This document shows positions 28,092 through 37,006 of a DNA stretch of 64,000 bases, piece after piece; position 1 is the first letter of the stretch; the number at the start of each line of letters is the position of its first letter. The stretch comes from Thalassobaculaceae bacterium (GTDB lineage Bacteria; Pseudomonadota; Alphaproteobacteria; Thalassobaculales; Thalassobaculaceae), in NCBI GenBank assembly GCA_965228875.1, contig OZ245843.1, positions 2,648,616-2,712,615 of the forward strand. Direction: 5' to 3'. A model generated the notes under the pieces. The model made no database searches and was not told the DNA's origin. It saw only the letters and a list, made by a program, of their open reading frames with translations. The position numbers and the translations under genes are program-made.

Positions 28092-29789
28092 ATGGCGAAC
28101 CGACCACGGCTTCCCAACGTGGATCCCGAAGACCTTGCGAAGCTGGCGAGCCAGTATCCGGGAAGCCGCACCTCCGGTGAGGCCGATGCGTCTGCCGGCG
28201 GCACGGGATCGGGTGGATCGGGTACCGGCAGCGCCGGGACGAGTGCCGCGGCCGCCTCTCCCGCCGGCACCCCGTCGTCGCGACTTTCCGCCTCCCGTGG
28301 CAGTGGCAGTGGCAGTGGCTCCTCAGCCGCCGGCGGCGCGGCCGGCAGCGGATCGGGCGGCGGTTCGGCCAGCAGGTCGGGCGGAACCTCCGCAACCGGC
28401 ACGCCGCCGCCGGCCAAGGCACGCGGCAGCTGGTCGGCAGCATTCCTGACATTTCTGTTCGCCGTGATCGCGCTCGCCGCCGCCGTCGCCTCGATCGGCG
28501 CGCCCAGCTACCGGGCGGAGATCCGCGCGCTCCTGACTACCTACGTGAAACCCCATCTGGACCTCGAACAGGACACGATCGACATCGTCTCCGGCTACGA
28601 CACCGACCGGCTAGAGGTGACCTACGAAGGTCTGGATCAGCGGATCGAACAGCTCGCCGCCGCCCTCGATCGCGTCGCCGCCACCGACGGCGTATCGGGT
28701 GACGATGTCCGGCAACTGCTGTTCCGCGACGAGACTGCAGACCGGATCGACACCATGGGCGACGGGCTCGACGCCCTGTCGGGACGCGTGGCCACGATCG
28801 CCGACGAGGCCGCCGCGCAGGCGGACCGGATCGACGGCCTCGGCGCCGATCTCGCCGCCACCGGCGAGCGCCTGACGGCGGAGATGACCGGCACCGCCGA
28901 CCGCATGTCGGCCGAACTGGCGACCGCCATCGAAACGGTGCGGACCGAGACGACCGCCGACTTCGAATCCCTGAACGCCGACCTGCAGGAGGCCGTTGCC
29001 CGCGTCGAGGGGTCGATCGCCTCGCTGCAGGACGCGCTGACGGCCGCCCGCGGCGAGATCGATGCCCTGTCCCCCCGCATCGACGGGATCGACACCGCGA
29101 TCGAGAATCAGGTCTCAGTTGATGCGGCGATCGCCGATCGGCTGAACGCGGTGGACGAGCGCGTGGACGGTCTGGTGGGCGACTTCACCGACCTCCTGGA
29201 CCTGAGCGACCAGGTCGCCCAGACGGTCAGCACGTTCAAGAACGAGAACATGCCGATCCTGGCGGTGATCCAGCTGCGCGACGCGATCAACCGCTCCGGC
29301 CCCTACGGCCCCGAGCTTTCCTTCGCCCGCCGGGTCCTGAACGGCGCCCCGGGAATCCAGGCGGCTCTTGAGAAACTGGATTCCAGCGCCTCGGACGGCA
29401 TCGCCTCCGTGCCCGAACTGCGGCGCGATCTGCGGCTGATCGCCCGGAATCTGGGAACCATCGTCGCCCAGGTGGAATCCTGGTCGGATCGGGTGTCCGG
29501 CTGGTTCAACATGCTGGTCGGCGCATCCGCCGTACCCGAGGTCCGGCAGGGCGGCAGCGTGGTCGCGGTCGTGGCGACGATCGACGACGCGCTCGACCGG
29601 GGCAACCTGGAGCTGGTGATCCGCGAAGGCGCGGCGCTTCAGGCCGAGTGGCGGTCGCCGGCTCTCGCCGACTGGCTGCAGGCGGTGGTCGAGCGCATGG
29701 AGGTCACGGCGGCTGTCGGCACGCTCCAGGACGTGGTCTACACCCGTGCGACGACGTCTCAGCCCAAGGGGACGGACAAGGCCCAGTAG
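28092..29789 (+). CDS. Mitofilin/Mic60-like (COG4223) membrane protein A
   Basis: Gly/Ser-rich N-terminus, one TM, long acidic coiled coil, then the C-terminal pattern LRDAINRSGPYGPEL, ASDGIASVPELRRDL, WSDRV, ALDRGNL, ADWL. Confidence 0.75.
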   Translation: MANRPRLPNVDPEDLAKLASQYPGSRTSGEADASAGGTGSGGSGTGSAGTSAAAASPAGTPSSRLSASRGSGSGSGSSAAGGAAGSGSGGGSASRSGGTSATGTPPPAKARGSWSAAFLTFLFAVIALAAAVASIGAPSYRAEIRALLTTYVKPHLDLEQDTIDIVSGYDTDRLEVTYEGLDQRIEQLAAALDRVAATDGVSGDDVRQLLFRDETADRIDTMGDGLDALSGRVATIADEAAAQADRIDGLGADLAATGERLTAEMTGTADRMSAELATAIETVRTETTADFESLNADLQEAVARVEGSIASLQDALTAARGEIDALSPRIDGIDTAIENQVSVDAAIADRLNAVDERVDGLVGDFTDLLDLSDQVAQTVSTFKNENMPILAVIQLRDAINRSGPYGPELSFARRVLNGAPGIQAALEKLDSSASDGIASVPELRRDLRLIARNLGTIVAQVESWSDRVSGWFNMLVGASAVPEVRQGGSVVAVVATIDDALDRGNLELVIREGAALQAEWRSPALADWLQAVVERMEVTAAVGTLQDVVYTRATTSQPKGTDKAQ

Positions 29790-29807
29790 GGCTGCGCCCG
29801 AGCGTCC

Positions 29808-30422
29808 GTGGAACCCGGTGAACTGCTCGCAGCGCTCGGTGCCCGCCTGGTCGGCGGCATCGTCCTGGTCGCTCTGCCCGTGGCCGGATATGTGGTTGCG
29901 AACGCGGTCTGGCGCGTCCACGCCCTTCACTTCTTCCACCGGGTCACCCTGCTGTCGAAGCTGGCGATGGCGACCGGCATCCTGCTCGGCATCGGCGTGA
30001 TCGCCGCGTCGGACGCCCGGCCGTCCTTCGACATCAACGATATCCTCGCCGCAGGCGGAGCCTGGGACCTGCCGTGGCGGAAATTCCTCGCCGATATCGG
30101 CAATCCGGGCCTCTACGACTACGCGCCGCTGTGGATACACCTGACGACCGCCGAACTCGACGGCCCGTGGGTGGTCTACGGTGTCGCGGTCTCCGCGGCC
30201 GGTATCGCGAGCGCCGTCGCCCTGCTCGCGATGCTTCGCGGCGAGGAGTTCCTGATCGGCGTCGTCGCCATGCTGTACGAGATCCTGGTCATGCAGGCGC
30301 TCACCATGTACGCGGTCCTTCTCCTGGCCTACGCCCTGTGCACGTTCAATTTCTGGACGGTGCTGATCGCCCTGATGGTCCTGCAGTATTACAGGTACGT
30401 TAAACATCCGGCCGGGCACTAG
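29808..30422 (+). CDS. Hypothetical integral membrane protein
   Basis: About five hydrophobic segments; lies between the two Mic60-like genes. Confidence 0.7.
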   Translation: MEPGELLAALGARLVGGIVLVALPVAGYVVANAVWRVHALHFFHRVTLLSKLAMATGILLGIGVIAASDARPSFDINDILAAGGAWDLPWRKFLADIGNPGLYDYAPLWIHLTTAELDGPWVVYGVAVSAAGIASAVALLAMLRGEEFLIGVVAMLYEILVMQALTMYAVLLLAYALCTFNFWTVLIALMVLQYYRYVKHPAGH

Positions 30423-30522
30423 AATTTCCAGGGATGCGGCGGTTTGCGCCTCAGCGACCCGATACATTTCACATCGGCTGTAGTATGATCACCGGGAACG
30501 TCTCTCAGCAAAATTATGGGGA

Positions 30523-31902
30523 ATGGTCGTGACGGACGAGGACACCGGCGGCACCGCCAAGACGACGAAGCGCAAGTCCGCCTCGACGGCCTCGCGCTCG
30601 ACCTCCAAGCCCCGGGCGAGAACCGGATCGGCCAAGACAAGTGCCTCCAAATCCGGCGCCACAAAGGCCGGTTCTGCAAAGACCGGTGCCTCGAAGACCG
30701 GTGCCGCGAAGACCGGGTCGGCCAAGGCCGCCTCTACGAAGGCCCCTGAGACCAAGGCCCCTGAAACCAAGACACCCGAGACCAAGACACCTGAGACCAA
30801 AACACCGGCGACGCAGGCCGCCGCCGCCAAGTCGGCAGCCAAGTCCGCCGCTCCCCCGACACCGGAAGCTTCGGTGTCGGACGCCCCCAAGACCGAACCG
30901 ACCAAGACCGACTCCCCGCAACCCGAAACGCCGAAGGCTGCAGCCCCGATGACCGACGCTTCGAAGACTGAGACCCCGAAAACGGATGCTCCGAAGACGA
31001 CGCCGCCCCAGGCTGCCGCGGCGTCCTCCGGCCCCACGACAGGTGGCGGCACGGGTGGATCCGGCAGCGGCGGCGGCGGAGGCTCCTACCCCGCGCCGGC
31101 CGTGGCACCCCAGCCCGCGAGCGGAGGCCTGTTCAGCATGCCGATGGTCCTCAGCCTCGCGGCGATCGTGATCGCGATCCTGATCCCGGTAATCAACCAG
31201 AAGGCCTACGAGCCGGCCATTCAGCCGACCGACATCGCGGCGCTGGAGACGACCCAGGCCGAGCTGGCGGCGTCGGTGGCCGAGATCAAGGCGAGCATCG
31301 ACGCGCTGTCCGTTCAGCAGGACACGCTGCGGAGCTCGATCTCGGCGGTCAGGATTCCGGCCGTGATGATCGCCGCCTCCGACCTGCGGGCCGCGATCGA
31401 GTCCGGCGAGGAATTCGCCGAGCCGCTAACCCTGTTCGAGGCTATCGCCGGCGAGAATGAGGCCGTTGCGTCGGTCTACGAACTCCGGCCCCTGGCCTTG
31501 GGCGGCATCCCGACGGTCAAGGAACTGCAGGCGGCGTTCGGCAATCTGTCGCACGAGGTGGTCGCCAGCTATCAGACCGTCGCCTCCGAAGGCGACCTCG
31601 CCAAGCGGGTGTCAGAGACCATGGCCAATCTGACGGCGGCGACCACGCGGCTGCGTTGGCGCCTGGACGGCACGACCCCGCCGGAAGGGGACTCGCCCCT
31701 GGCGGTGATGGCGCGCGCGGAGATCGCCGCCGCCAAGGCCGATTTCGATGCGGTTGTCGCGGAGATCGAGACCCTGCCGGAAGACCTCAAGGCAATCGCC
31801 GCCGGCTGGATCGAGCAGGTGCAGGCGCAGAAACAGGCGACGACGGCGATCGAGGATCTCGACCTGTTCATGATCGAAACCCTCGCCAGTGCGCGGAAGT
31901 AG
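30523..31902 (+). CDS. Mitofilin/Mic60-like (COG4223) membrane protein B with a Lys/Ala/Thr-rich repetitive N-terminus
   Basis: One TM, coiled coil, then LRAAIESGEEFAEPL, GGIPTVKELQAAF, AVMARAE...ADFDAVVAEIETLP, AGWIEQVQA. Confidence 0.78.
   Translation: MVVTDEDTGGTAKTTKRKSASTASRSTSKPRARTGSAKTSASKSGATKAGSAKTGASKTGAAKTGSAKAASTKAPETKAPETKTPETKTPETKTPATQAAAAKSAAKSAAPPTPEASVSDAPKTEPTKTDSPQPETPKAAAPMTDASKTETPKTDAPKTTPPQAAAASSGPTTGGGTGGSGSGGGGGSYPAPAVAPQPASGGLFSMPMVLSLAAIVIAILIPVINQKAYEPAIQPTDIAALETTQAELAASVAEIKASIDALSVQQDTLRSSISAVRIPAVMIAASDLRAAIESGEEFAEPLTLFEAIAGENEAVASVYELRPLALGGIPTVKELQAAFGNLSHEVVASYQTVASEGDLAKRVSETMANLTAATTRLRWRLDGTTPPEGDSPLAVMARAEIAAAKADFDAVVAEIETLPEDLKAIAAGWIEQVQAQKQATTAIEDLDLFMIETLASARK
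30630..30810 (+). repeat. Coding 15-bp (pentapeptide) tandem repeats KTGAA/KTGSA and KAPET/KTPET
   Basis: aaggcccctgagacc aaggcccctgaaacc aagacacccgagacc aagacacctgagacc..., preceded by aagaccggtgcc units. Confidence 0.8.
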
Positions 31903-31934
31903 GCATCGCCTGCCAGACATCGCAATCACGATCG

Positions 31935-31965
31935 GGACCGGCGTTTGCCGGTCCTGTTTCGTTTT
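31935..31965 (+). terminator. Rho-independent terminator after Mic60-like B
   Basis: ggaccggc-gttt-gccggtcc hairpin followed by tgtttcgtttt. Confidence 0.65.
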
Positions 31966-32001
31966 CGGCCCCGTTTTCCGACCCCGGTGCTTCGGCCCCG
32001 G

Positions 32002-32655
32002 CTAAGCCTCGGAGAAGAGGACCGGCTCGATCTCGCGGGCGAGGTTGCGAATCTCCAGCGCCGCGCGGTTCTTCGGCGCGAGGCTGAGCGGAGAGGCGCC
32101 GTGATAAGAGGCCTCCTGGAACACGACCCGGTCGCCGATCCTGGCGTTCAGCGGCCGCAGGCCAAGCTGTTCGAGGTTGCGTTCCGTGTGGCGGACCACG
32201 GTCGTCATCCGCTTGACCCGATTGAGCACGGAGTGAAACGGGATGTCGCGGCGCGTCAACTTGCTGGCGCTGTCGATCACCTGCTTCATCTTGGCCGCCT
32301 CGAACAGGCTGGCCTCGTCGGGCATGACGGGGACCAGCACCATGTCGGCGACGCCGACCGCATAGACCATCGCCTGGTTGCCGAACCCGGCGGTATCGAC
32401 GATCACGATATCCGCCTCTTCGCCGAGCGCGTAAACGCTCTCGATGATCTCGTGCTCGTTGGAGTTGGCGCTGACGGAGATGTCCTGGAAGCCGGTCCCG
32501 CTCTTGCGGGCCCAGCGCGCCATCGCCTCGTTCGGATCGGTATCCAGAATGGCCACCGTCTTGCCCTGGTCGCGCCAGTAGGAGGCCAGGGCGGCCCCGA
32601 TGGTCGTCTTTCCCGTTCCGCCTTTACTGGTGGCTACCACAAGGATACTGGCCAT
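32002..32655 (-). CDS. Short ParA-family ATPase (type Ib-like), no parB adjacent
   Basis: ATSKGGTGKTT, LDTDPN, IVDTAG, VLNRV and RVVFQEA. Confidence 0.9.
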   Translation of the reverse strand: MASILVVATSKGGTGKTTIGAALASYWRDQGKTVAILDTDPNEAMARWARKSGTGFQDISVSANSNEHEIIESVYALGEEADIVIVDTAGFGNQAMVYAVGVADMVLVPVMPDEASLFEAAKMKQVIDSASKLTRRDIPFHSVLNRVKRMTTVVRHTERNLEQLGLRPLNARIGDRVVFQEASYHGASPLSLAPKNRAALEIRNLAREIEPVLFSEA

Positions 32656-32783
32656 GACCGACAAGACTCTCGTGCAGTGGAACTGCAATGATGGCCGACG
32701 CGTCCTGCCGACGATAGCGCGATGTTGCCCGGCGTCGGGATTTCCGCTTTAGTGCGCCGGTGTCCTGGCAGGCGGATCCTCTG

Positions 32784-33377
32784 ATGAACGCTCGGAAATC
32801 CTCGAACAACCGCAGGTTCCTGCGGAGTACGGTCTGTGTAGCCGCGCTGGCGGCGGCACTCGCCGTGGCCCAGCCGACGCCCGCCAGGGCCGGCCTGGTC
32901 AGCGACGCGCTGGGCACGATGGCGCGCTGGGTATCGGGAATCGAACAGATCATCACCGAATGGTTCGACGCGACCATCGGCACGATCAAGGTGATGGACC
33001 GCGAGGAGAGCGCGGCCCGCGCCGTCGCCGAGATGGCGTTGCAGGATCCGACCACCCTGGCCGAGATCGCCGGCCGTGCCGGGTTCCGTCTCTCCACTGT
33101 CAGTTTCGCGGACGGCGGCAGGCACGTCGACGGTCTGAGCTTCGCCTACGAGCAGATGATCCCGCGGGAAGGCCGCCTCGCTCTCTGGCGCGATGTGCTC
33201 GAGGTCGAGGACACGCCCTTCCGTCCGGAGATGGAACTGGTCCGTCTGCTGCTGAACGCCTCCGACATGCAGGAGAACCGGGCTCCGGCGGGTCTCACGC
33301 TGGCCGGCGTCGCGATCGCCCTCGACGACGACACCCTCTCCGCCTCATGGCGGTTCGAGCCGCTGCCGACCGAGTAG
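32784..33377 (+). CDS. Exported protein with a probable Tat signal
   Basis: NRRFL followed by a hydrophobic stretch and ARA cleavage site. Confidence 0.65.
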   Translation: MNARKSSNNRRFLRSTVCVAALAAALAVAQPTPARAGLVSDALGTMARWVSGIEQIITEWFDATIGTIKVMDREESAARAVAEMALQDPTTLAEIAGRAGFRLSTVSFADGGRHVDGLSFAYEQMIPREGRLALWRDVLEVEDTPFRPEMELVRLLLNASDMQENRAPAGLTLAGVAIALDDDTLSASWRFEPLPTE

Positions 33378-33407
33378 CGGCGCCTCCCTGGCCGGTGGCG
33401 CCCGGCC

Positions 33408-34199
33408 CTATCGCATCACGTTGAGGAAGGCCGTCGGACTGATCGACGCGTCTCCGATGAACGGATAGCTCAGCTGCAGCACCATCAGGAGGTGCAGCAT
33501 GAGGAACGACGTGAGCAGCGCCGACATGAACGTCTGCGACATCACGTTCACCGTCCCAAAGAACCACGGGAACATGATCGCCAGCAGCGTCCCGCTGATC
33601 AGCACCGCCCAGACCAGGGCGATCAGCGAGCGCGACACCGTCGTCAGGCGCAGGGCCCGGTACTCGTTGATCTGACTGACCCAGTCGACGGTGTTCTGCT
33701 GCAGCGATTTCTGCGCCTCGGTGGCCGGTTCGACCCGCATGAAGGTGTCGTTCATGTCGGCCAGGCGGGTCGACACGTCCGGATCGGCGAGACCGTAGCT
33801 CATCACCCGCCATTCCTTCTCGACCACCGTGCGGGCGTATTCCTGAACGGCACGGCGCATCGCCGCCCGGTCGTCCGCCTGTTGCGGCAGATCGTAGGTG
33901 TCGGCGGCATAGGAGAGCGAGGCCAGCGTCGCCGCCTCGCGCTGGGCGTTGGTCTGCGCGGTGGTGAAATGGTCGAAGGCCCCGATCATGGCGAGGCCGA
34001 GCGTCACGGCATAGACCTCGCCGAGAAAGCCGAACTTGGCACCGCCGACCAGGTTGTTCGGCTCCAACTCCAGCGGTGTGAAAACCGAGTTGACCAGCCA
34101 TGACCCCAGAATGGACAGCAGGATGCCGACGGCTATGGCGAAGGGTATCGCCGTCGTCAGAGGGATGCTCGCGAGCTGCAGACCGATATCGTAGGTCAT
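33408..34199 (-). CDS. DUF4239 (bestrophin-like) membrane protein
   Basis: GEVYAVTLGL, AQREAATL, YARTVVEKEW, R.LR and QLSYPFIGDASISPTAF pattern with 2+2 TM helices. Confidence 0.75.
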   Translation of the reverse strand: MTYDIGLQLASIPLTTAIPFAIAVGILLSILGSWLVNSVFTPLELEPNNLVGGAKFGFLGEVYAVTLGLAMIGAFDHFTTAQTNAQREAATLASLSYAADTYDLPQQADDRAAMRRAVQEYARTVVEKEWRVMSYGLADPDVSTRLADMNDTFMRVEPATEAQKSLQQNTVDWVSQINEYRALRLTTVSRSLIALVWAVLISGTLLAIMFPWFFGTVNVMSQTFMSALLTSFLMLHLLMVLQLSYPFIGDASISPTAFLNVMR

Positions 34200-34244
34200 C
34201 GACGTCTGGTTCCCCCTGCCCGTTCCGCGTGGATGCGGTCGCCG

Positions 34245-34655
34245 TCAGTGATGCTCGCCCTCAAGCTCGCCCTTGCCCGCGTGGACCTCGCCGTCCCTGG
34301 TCCTGATGCGGATGACAGCATCTACCCCATCCGGCAGGTGATCGTCGAGCCGGCCGATCAGCGCACCCTCTGCGACCACCAGCGACACCCGGGTCGGTCG
34401 GCCGCCGATCAGCAGCACCACGTCGCCGCCGGTGGCCTCGCCGGTCAGGTCCTTGCCCTCATGTTCGAACAGCCGAACCTCAAGCTCCTCGTCATGAACC
34501 ACGATCTCGGCGTCATACGGGCCGACGGCGATGATCTGCCCACCGTTCGGCCCCTCATCGTGCTCGCCATGGGCGTGCTGAGCCAGGGTGGGAGAGGCGG
34601 CAGCGACGGTGCCGGCGACGAGGGCGGCTGCCACGAGATCACGAACGAGACGCAT
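34245..34655 (-). CDS. Exported His/acidic-rich putative metal-binding protein
   Basis: Signal peptide, then QHAHGEHDEGPNGGQ; C-terminal GEHH. Confidence 0.7.
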   Translation of the reverse strand: MRLVRDLVAAALVAGTVAAASPTLAQHAHGEHDEGPNGGQIIAVGPYDAEIVVHDEELEVRLFEHEGKDLTGEATGGDVVLLIGGRPTRVSLVVAEGALIGRLDDHLPDGVDAVIRIRTRDGEVHAGKGELEGEHH

Positions 34656-34930
34656 GGTCCTGGTCCTTTCGGTTCCGACTGACGGGACGTCCCCGGGAGC
34701 GTCGTCCGGCCCCGGCGCGCGACTGCACGATCTGCCGCCATCCGCCCGACGCCCGACGCCCGCGGGCGGCAAGATGACCGAAGTCCGGCCGCGACGGAAC
34801 AGGGTATTCCCGGCGCCCCCGACTGCAGGCCCGTCCGCGGGCATCGCGCGCCGGTAACCGCACTTGGATCGCGGCGTCCGAGGGGCTAGCCTGCCGAAAC
34901 CCGTCCATGGCGAGACACAGGGCTCTTTAG

Positions 34931-36067
34931 ATGTCGGCGCGCGCCCCCTTGGATCTGGCTGCCTACGATAAGGTACAACAGGCGCTCGAACGCGCTCTGG
35001 CCGATCCGCTCGCTACCAGTTCCGCCGCGCGGGCCGCGGCGGGCTGTGCCGACGGCCATCGCGAAGCCAGTCGGCGGGCGCTCGCCCAGGGTGGCGCCCT
35101 GCGCCGGGCGGCTGAGCAGGGTCGGCTCCGTGTCCGTCAGTGCCTGCGGGACACGGCCCTTCCCGCCATCGACCGGTTCTTCGCCGGCCTGGCCACACGA
35201 TCCTGGCAGGACGATGGCGCCAGCCTCTCCATCGAGGACGTGACCCCGCAGGAGGCGGCCGTCCTGCTTCGGGCCCTGGCCGAGTGGGAACGCTCGGGCT
35301 CGACCGATACCGAGGTGAACGCCCTGGTGTCGAAGGTCTGCACCAGGATGACGGCCGATGCGAAGACCTGCGTCGACCGCTTCAAGGCGGAACAGTCGCC
35401 GGAGGATGCCCCGGACTATCGGGCCGTCGCCACGACCCTGGTCATGTTCGAGGCGATGATCTATCTCGCCGCCCATCTCCGGCGGGACGCCGCCGCCGCC
35501 GAGATCGGCCGCCAGCGCGACCACTACGCCAAGACCGCCCTGCTCGCCGCGCTGTCGGTGATCCAGCGGGCGGAAGAGACGACGGACATGTTCGTGCATT
35601 TCGACATCGCCGCCATGCTGGTTTCGGTGGAGAACGTGGTCGTCGTCATCTCCCGCACCATCGCCGTCATCGACCGCGAGCGCGACCAGTCCCACCCCTT
35701 CGTCGAGACGGTCAGCGAGCACGTGGTCCGCGATTTCGCCAACGGCCTCAAGCGTCTGGCGCCCACCTATCTGCGCATGCTGCGCAACGCCACGGCGCGC
35801 GACAATGCCGTGCCGCAGTTCGCGTTCTCGGTGGTCCAAGTTCTCGTGCAGCTCGCCCGTCTGCTTCGCATCCTGCACCACCTCCTTCAGGACCCGGCAT
35901 TGGCGGCGGGAGCGGACGAGATCGGCGCCGACGTCGGCGCGATGGGCGAGCGTCTGCGCCAGATCGCCGCCGGCGATCCGGATCAGCTCGGGCGCCTGGA
36001 CGGGGCCATTGACGCGCTGGGTTCCACGCCGGAAATGACGCGCCCCGTGCCGGCGGCGCCCGCCTGA
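34931..36067 (+). CDS. Hypothetical all-helical protein
   Basis: 378-aa GC3-biased ORF; stop overlaps the next start (TGATG). Confidence 0.65.
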   Translation: MSARAPLDLAAYDKVQQALERALADPLATSSAARAAAGCADGHREASRRALAQGGALRRAAEQGRLRVRQCLRDTALPAIDRFFAGLATRSWQDDGASLSIEDVTPQEAAVLLRALAEWERSGSTDTEVNALVSKVCTRMTADAKTCVDRFKAEQSPEDAPDYRAVATTLVMFEAMIYLAAHLRRDAAAAEIGRQRDHYAKTALLAALSVIQRAEETTDMFVHFDIAAMLVSVENVVVVISRTIAVIDRERDQSHPFVETVSEHVVRDFANGLKRLAPTYLRMLRNATARDNAVPQFAFSVVQVLVQLARLLRILHHLLQDPALAAGADEIGADVGAMGERLRQIAAGDPDQLGRLDGAIDALGSTPEMTRPVPAAPA

Positions 36068-36615
36068 TGTCCTCGCGGAACCGTCCCGCCCTGCTCGGCG
36101 CGGCCCTAACCGGACGCATCGCCGCAGCGCTCGACCGCCTGTGCCGGGGAATCCGGCGACCCGCCGCCGCGCCTGCGACATCGCCGGCGACGCTCCATCT
36201 CTCGGCCGCCAACCGGATCGGGGAACTCGACCGGCTCGCAACGGTGATCGGGGAATTCGCCGAGGCCAATAGCCTGCCGCAGCGTCAGGCCATGCACCTG
36301 GACCTGGCGATCGAGGAGATCGTATCGAATGTCATCAAGTACGGCTTCGAGCCGGGTGACGAGCGGGACGACGCGGTCGACATCACGCTCGTCCTCGACG
36401 GCAGGCGGCTCGCCATCAGGATCCGCGACCGCGGCCGGCCGTTCGATCCGCTGGCCGACGCGCCGGAGCCGGATACCGATGCCGGGGTGGCCGACCGCAG
36501 GATCGGCGGCCTCGGCGTGCATTTCGTGAAGCGGCTGATGGCCGACCTGCGCTACAGACGCGAGGGCGACAGCAATGTCCTGGAGATGGTGCTGGACCTG
36601 AACGGGCCGTCATGA
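36067..36615 (+). CDS. Anti-sigma factor / Ser kinase (RsbW/SpoIIAB-like, HATPase_c_2)
   Basis: LAIEEIVSNVIKYG, IRDRGRPFDP and IGGLGVHFVK. Confidence 0.88.
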   Translation: MSSRNRPALLGAALTGRIAAALDRLCRGIRRPAAAPATSPATLHLSAANRIGELDRLATVIGEFAEANSLPQRQAMHLDLAIEEIVSNVIKYGFEPGDERDDAVDITLVLDGRRLAIRIRDRGRPFDPLADAPEPDTDAGVADRRIGGLGVHFVKRLMADLRYRREGDSNVLEMVLDLNGPS

Positions 36616-36673
36616 CGCCGACACCAGGACCGGTGTAGACTCGCCCTCCGGCCGACAGAAGGAAAGCAGAGCA

Positions 36674-37006
36674 ATGCAGATCGAGACCGCGACCCATGGT
36701 GACCTGCTGGTCATCGCGCCGAAGGGACGGGTGGACAGCAACACCTCGCCGGCTCTCGAGGCCGCGCTGCTGGAGCGGATAGAGGCGGGCGACACGCGGG
36801 TGAGCATCGATTTCTCCGGCGTCGACTACATCTCGAGCGCCGGGTTGCGGGTTCTGCTCATGGCAGCGAAGCGCGCCGGCTCGGCCAAGGGGGCGTTCTC
36901 CATGCACGCGCTGTCGCCGCAGATCCGCGAGGTGTTCGAGATCAGTGGCTTCCTGTCGATCCTCAAGGTCCATGACGGGCTGGAGGACGTCCTGGCGAGC
37001 CGCTGA
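36674..37006 (+). CDS. STAS anti-sigma factor antagonist (RsbV/SpoIIAA-like)
   Basis: GRVDS, DFSGVDYISSAGLRVL and VFEISGF. Confidence 0.92.
   Translation: MQIETATHGDLLVIAPKGRVDSNTSPALEAALLERIEAGDTRVSIDFSGVDYISSAGLRVLLMAAKRAGSAKGAFSMHALSPQIREVFEISGFLSILKVHDGLEDVLASR

Noticed and set aside
9494..37006. Whole region as an intact integrative element or prophage at tRNA-Lys
   Set aside because: No integrase, phage or conjugation genes are present, and I saw no duplicated tRNA 3' end; beyond about 11.4 kb the composition looks host-like
11536..37006. Magnetosome island, ferrosome or carboxysome locus
   Set aside because: No recognisable MamK/B/M/E, magnetochrome CxxCH proteins, FezB P1B-ATPase, BMC shell proteins or RuBisCO; the resemblance is only architectural
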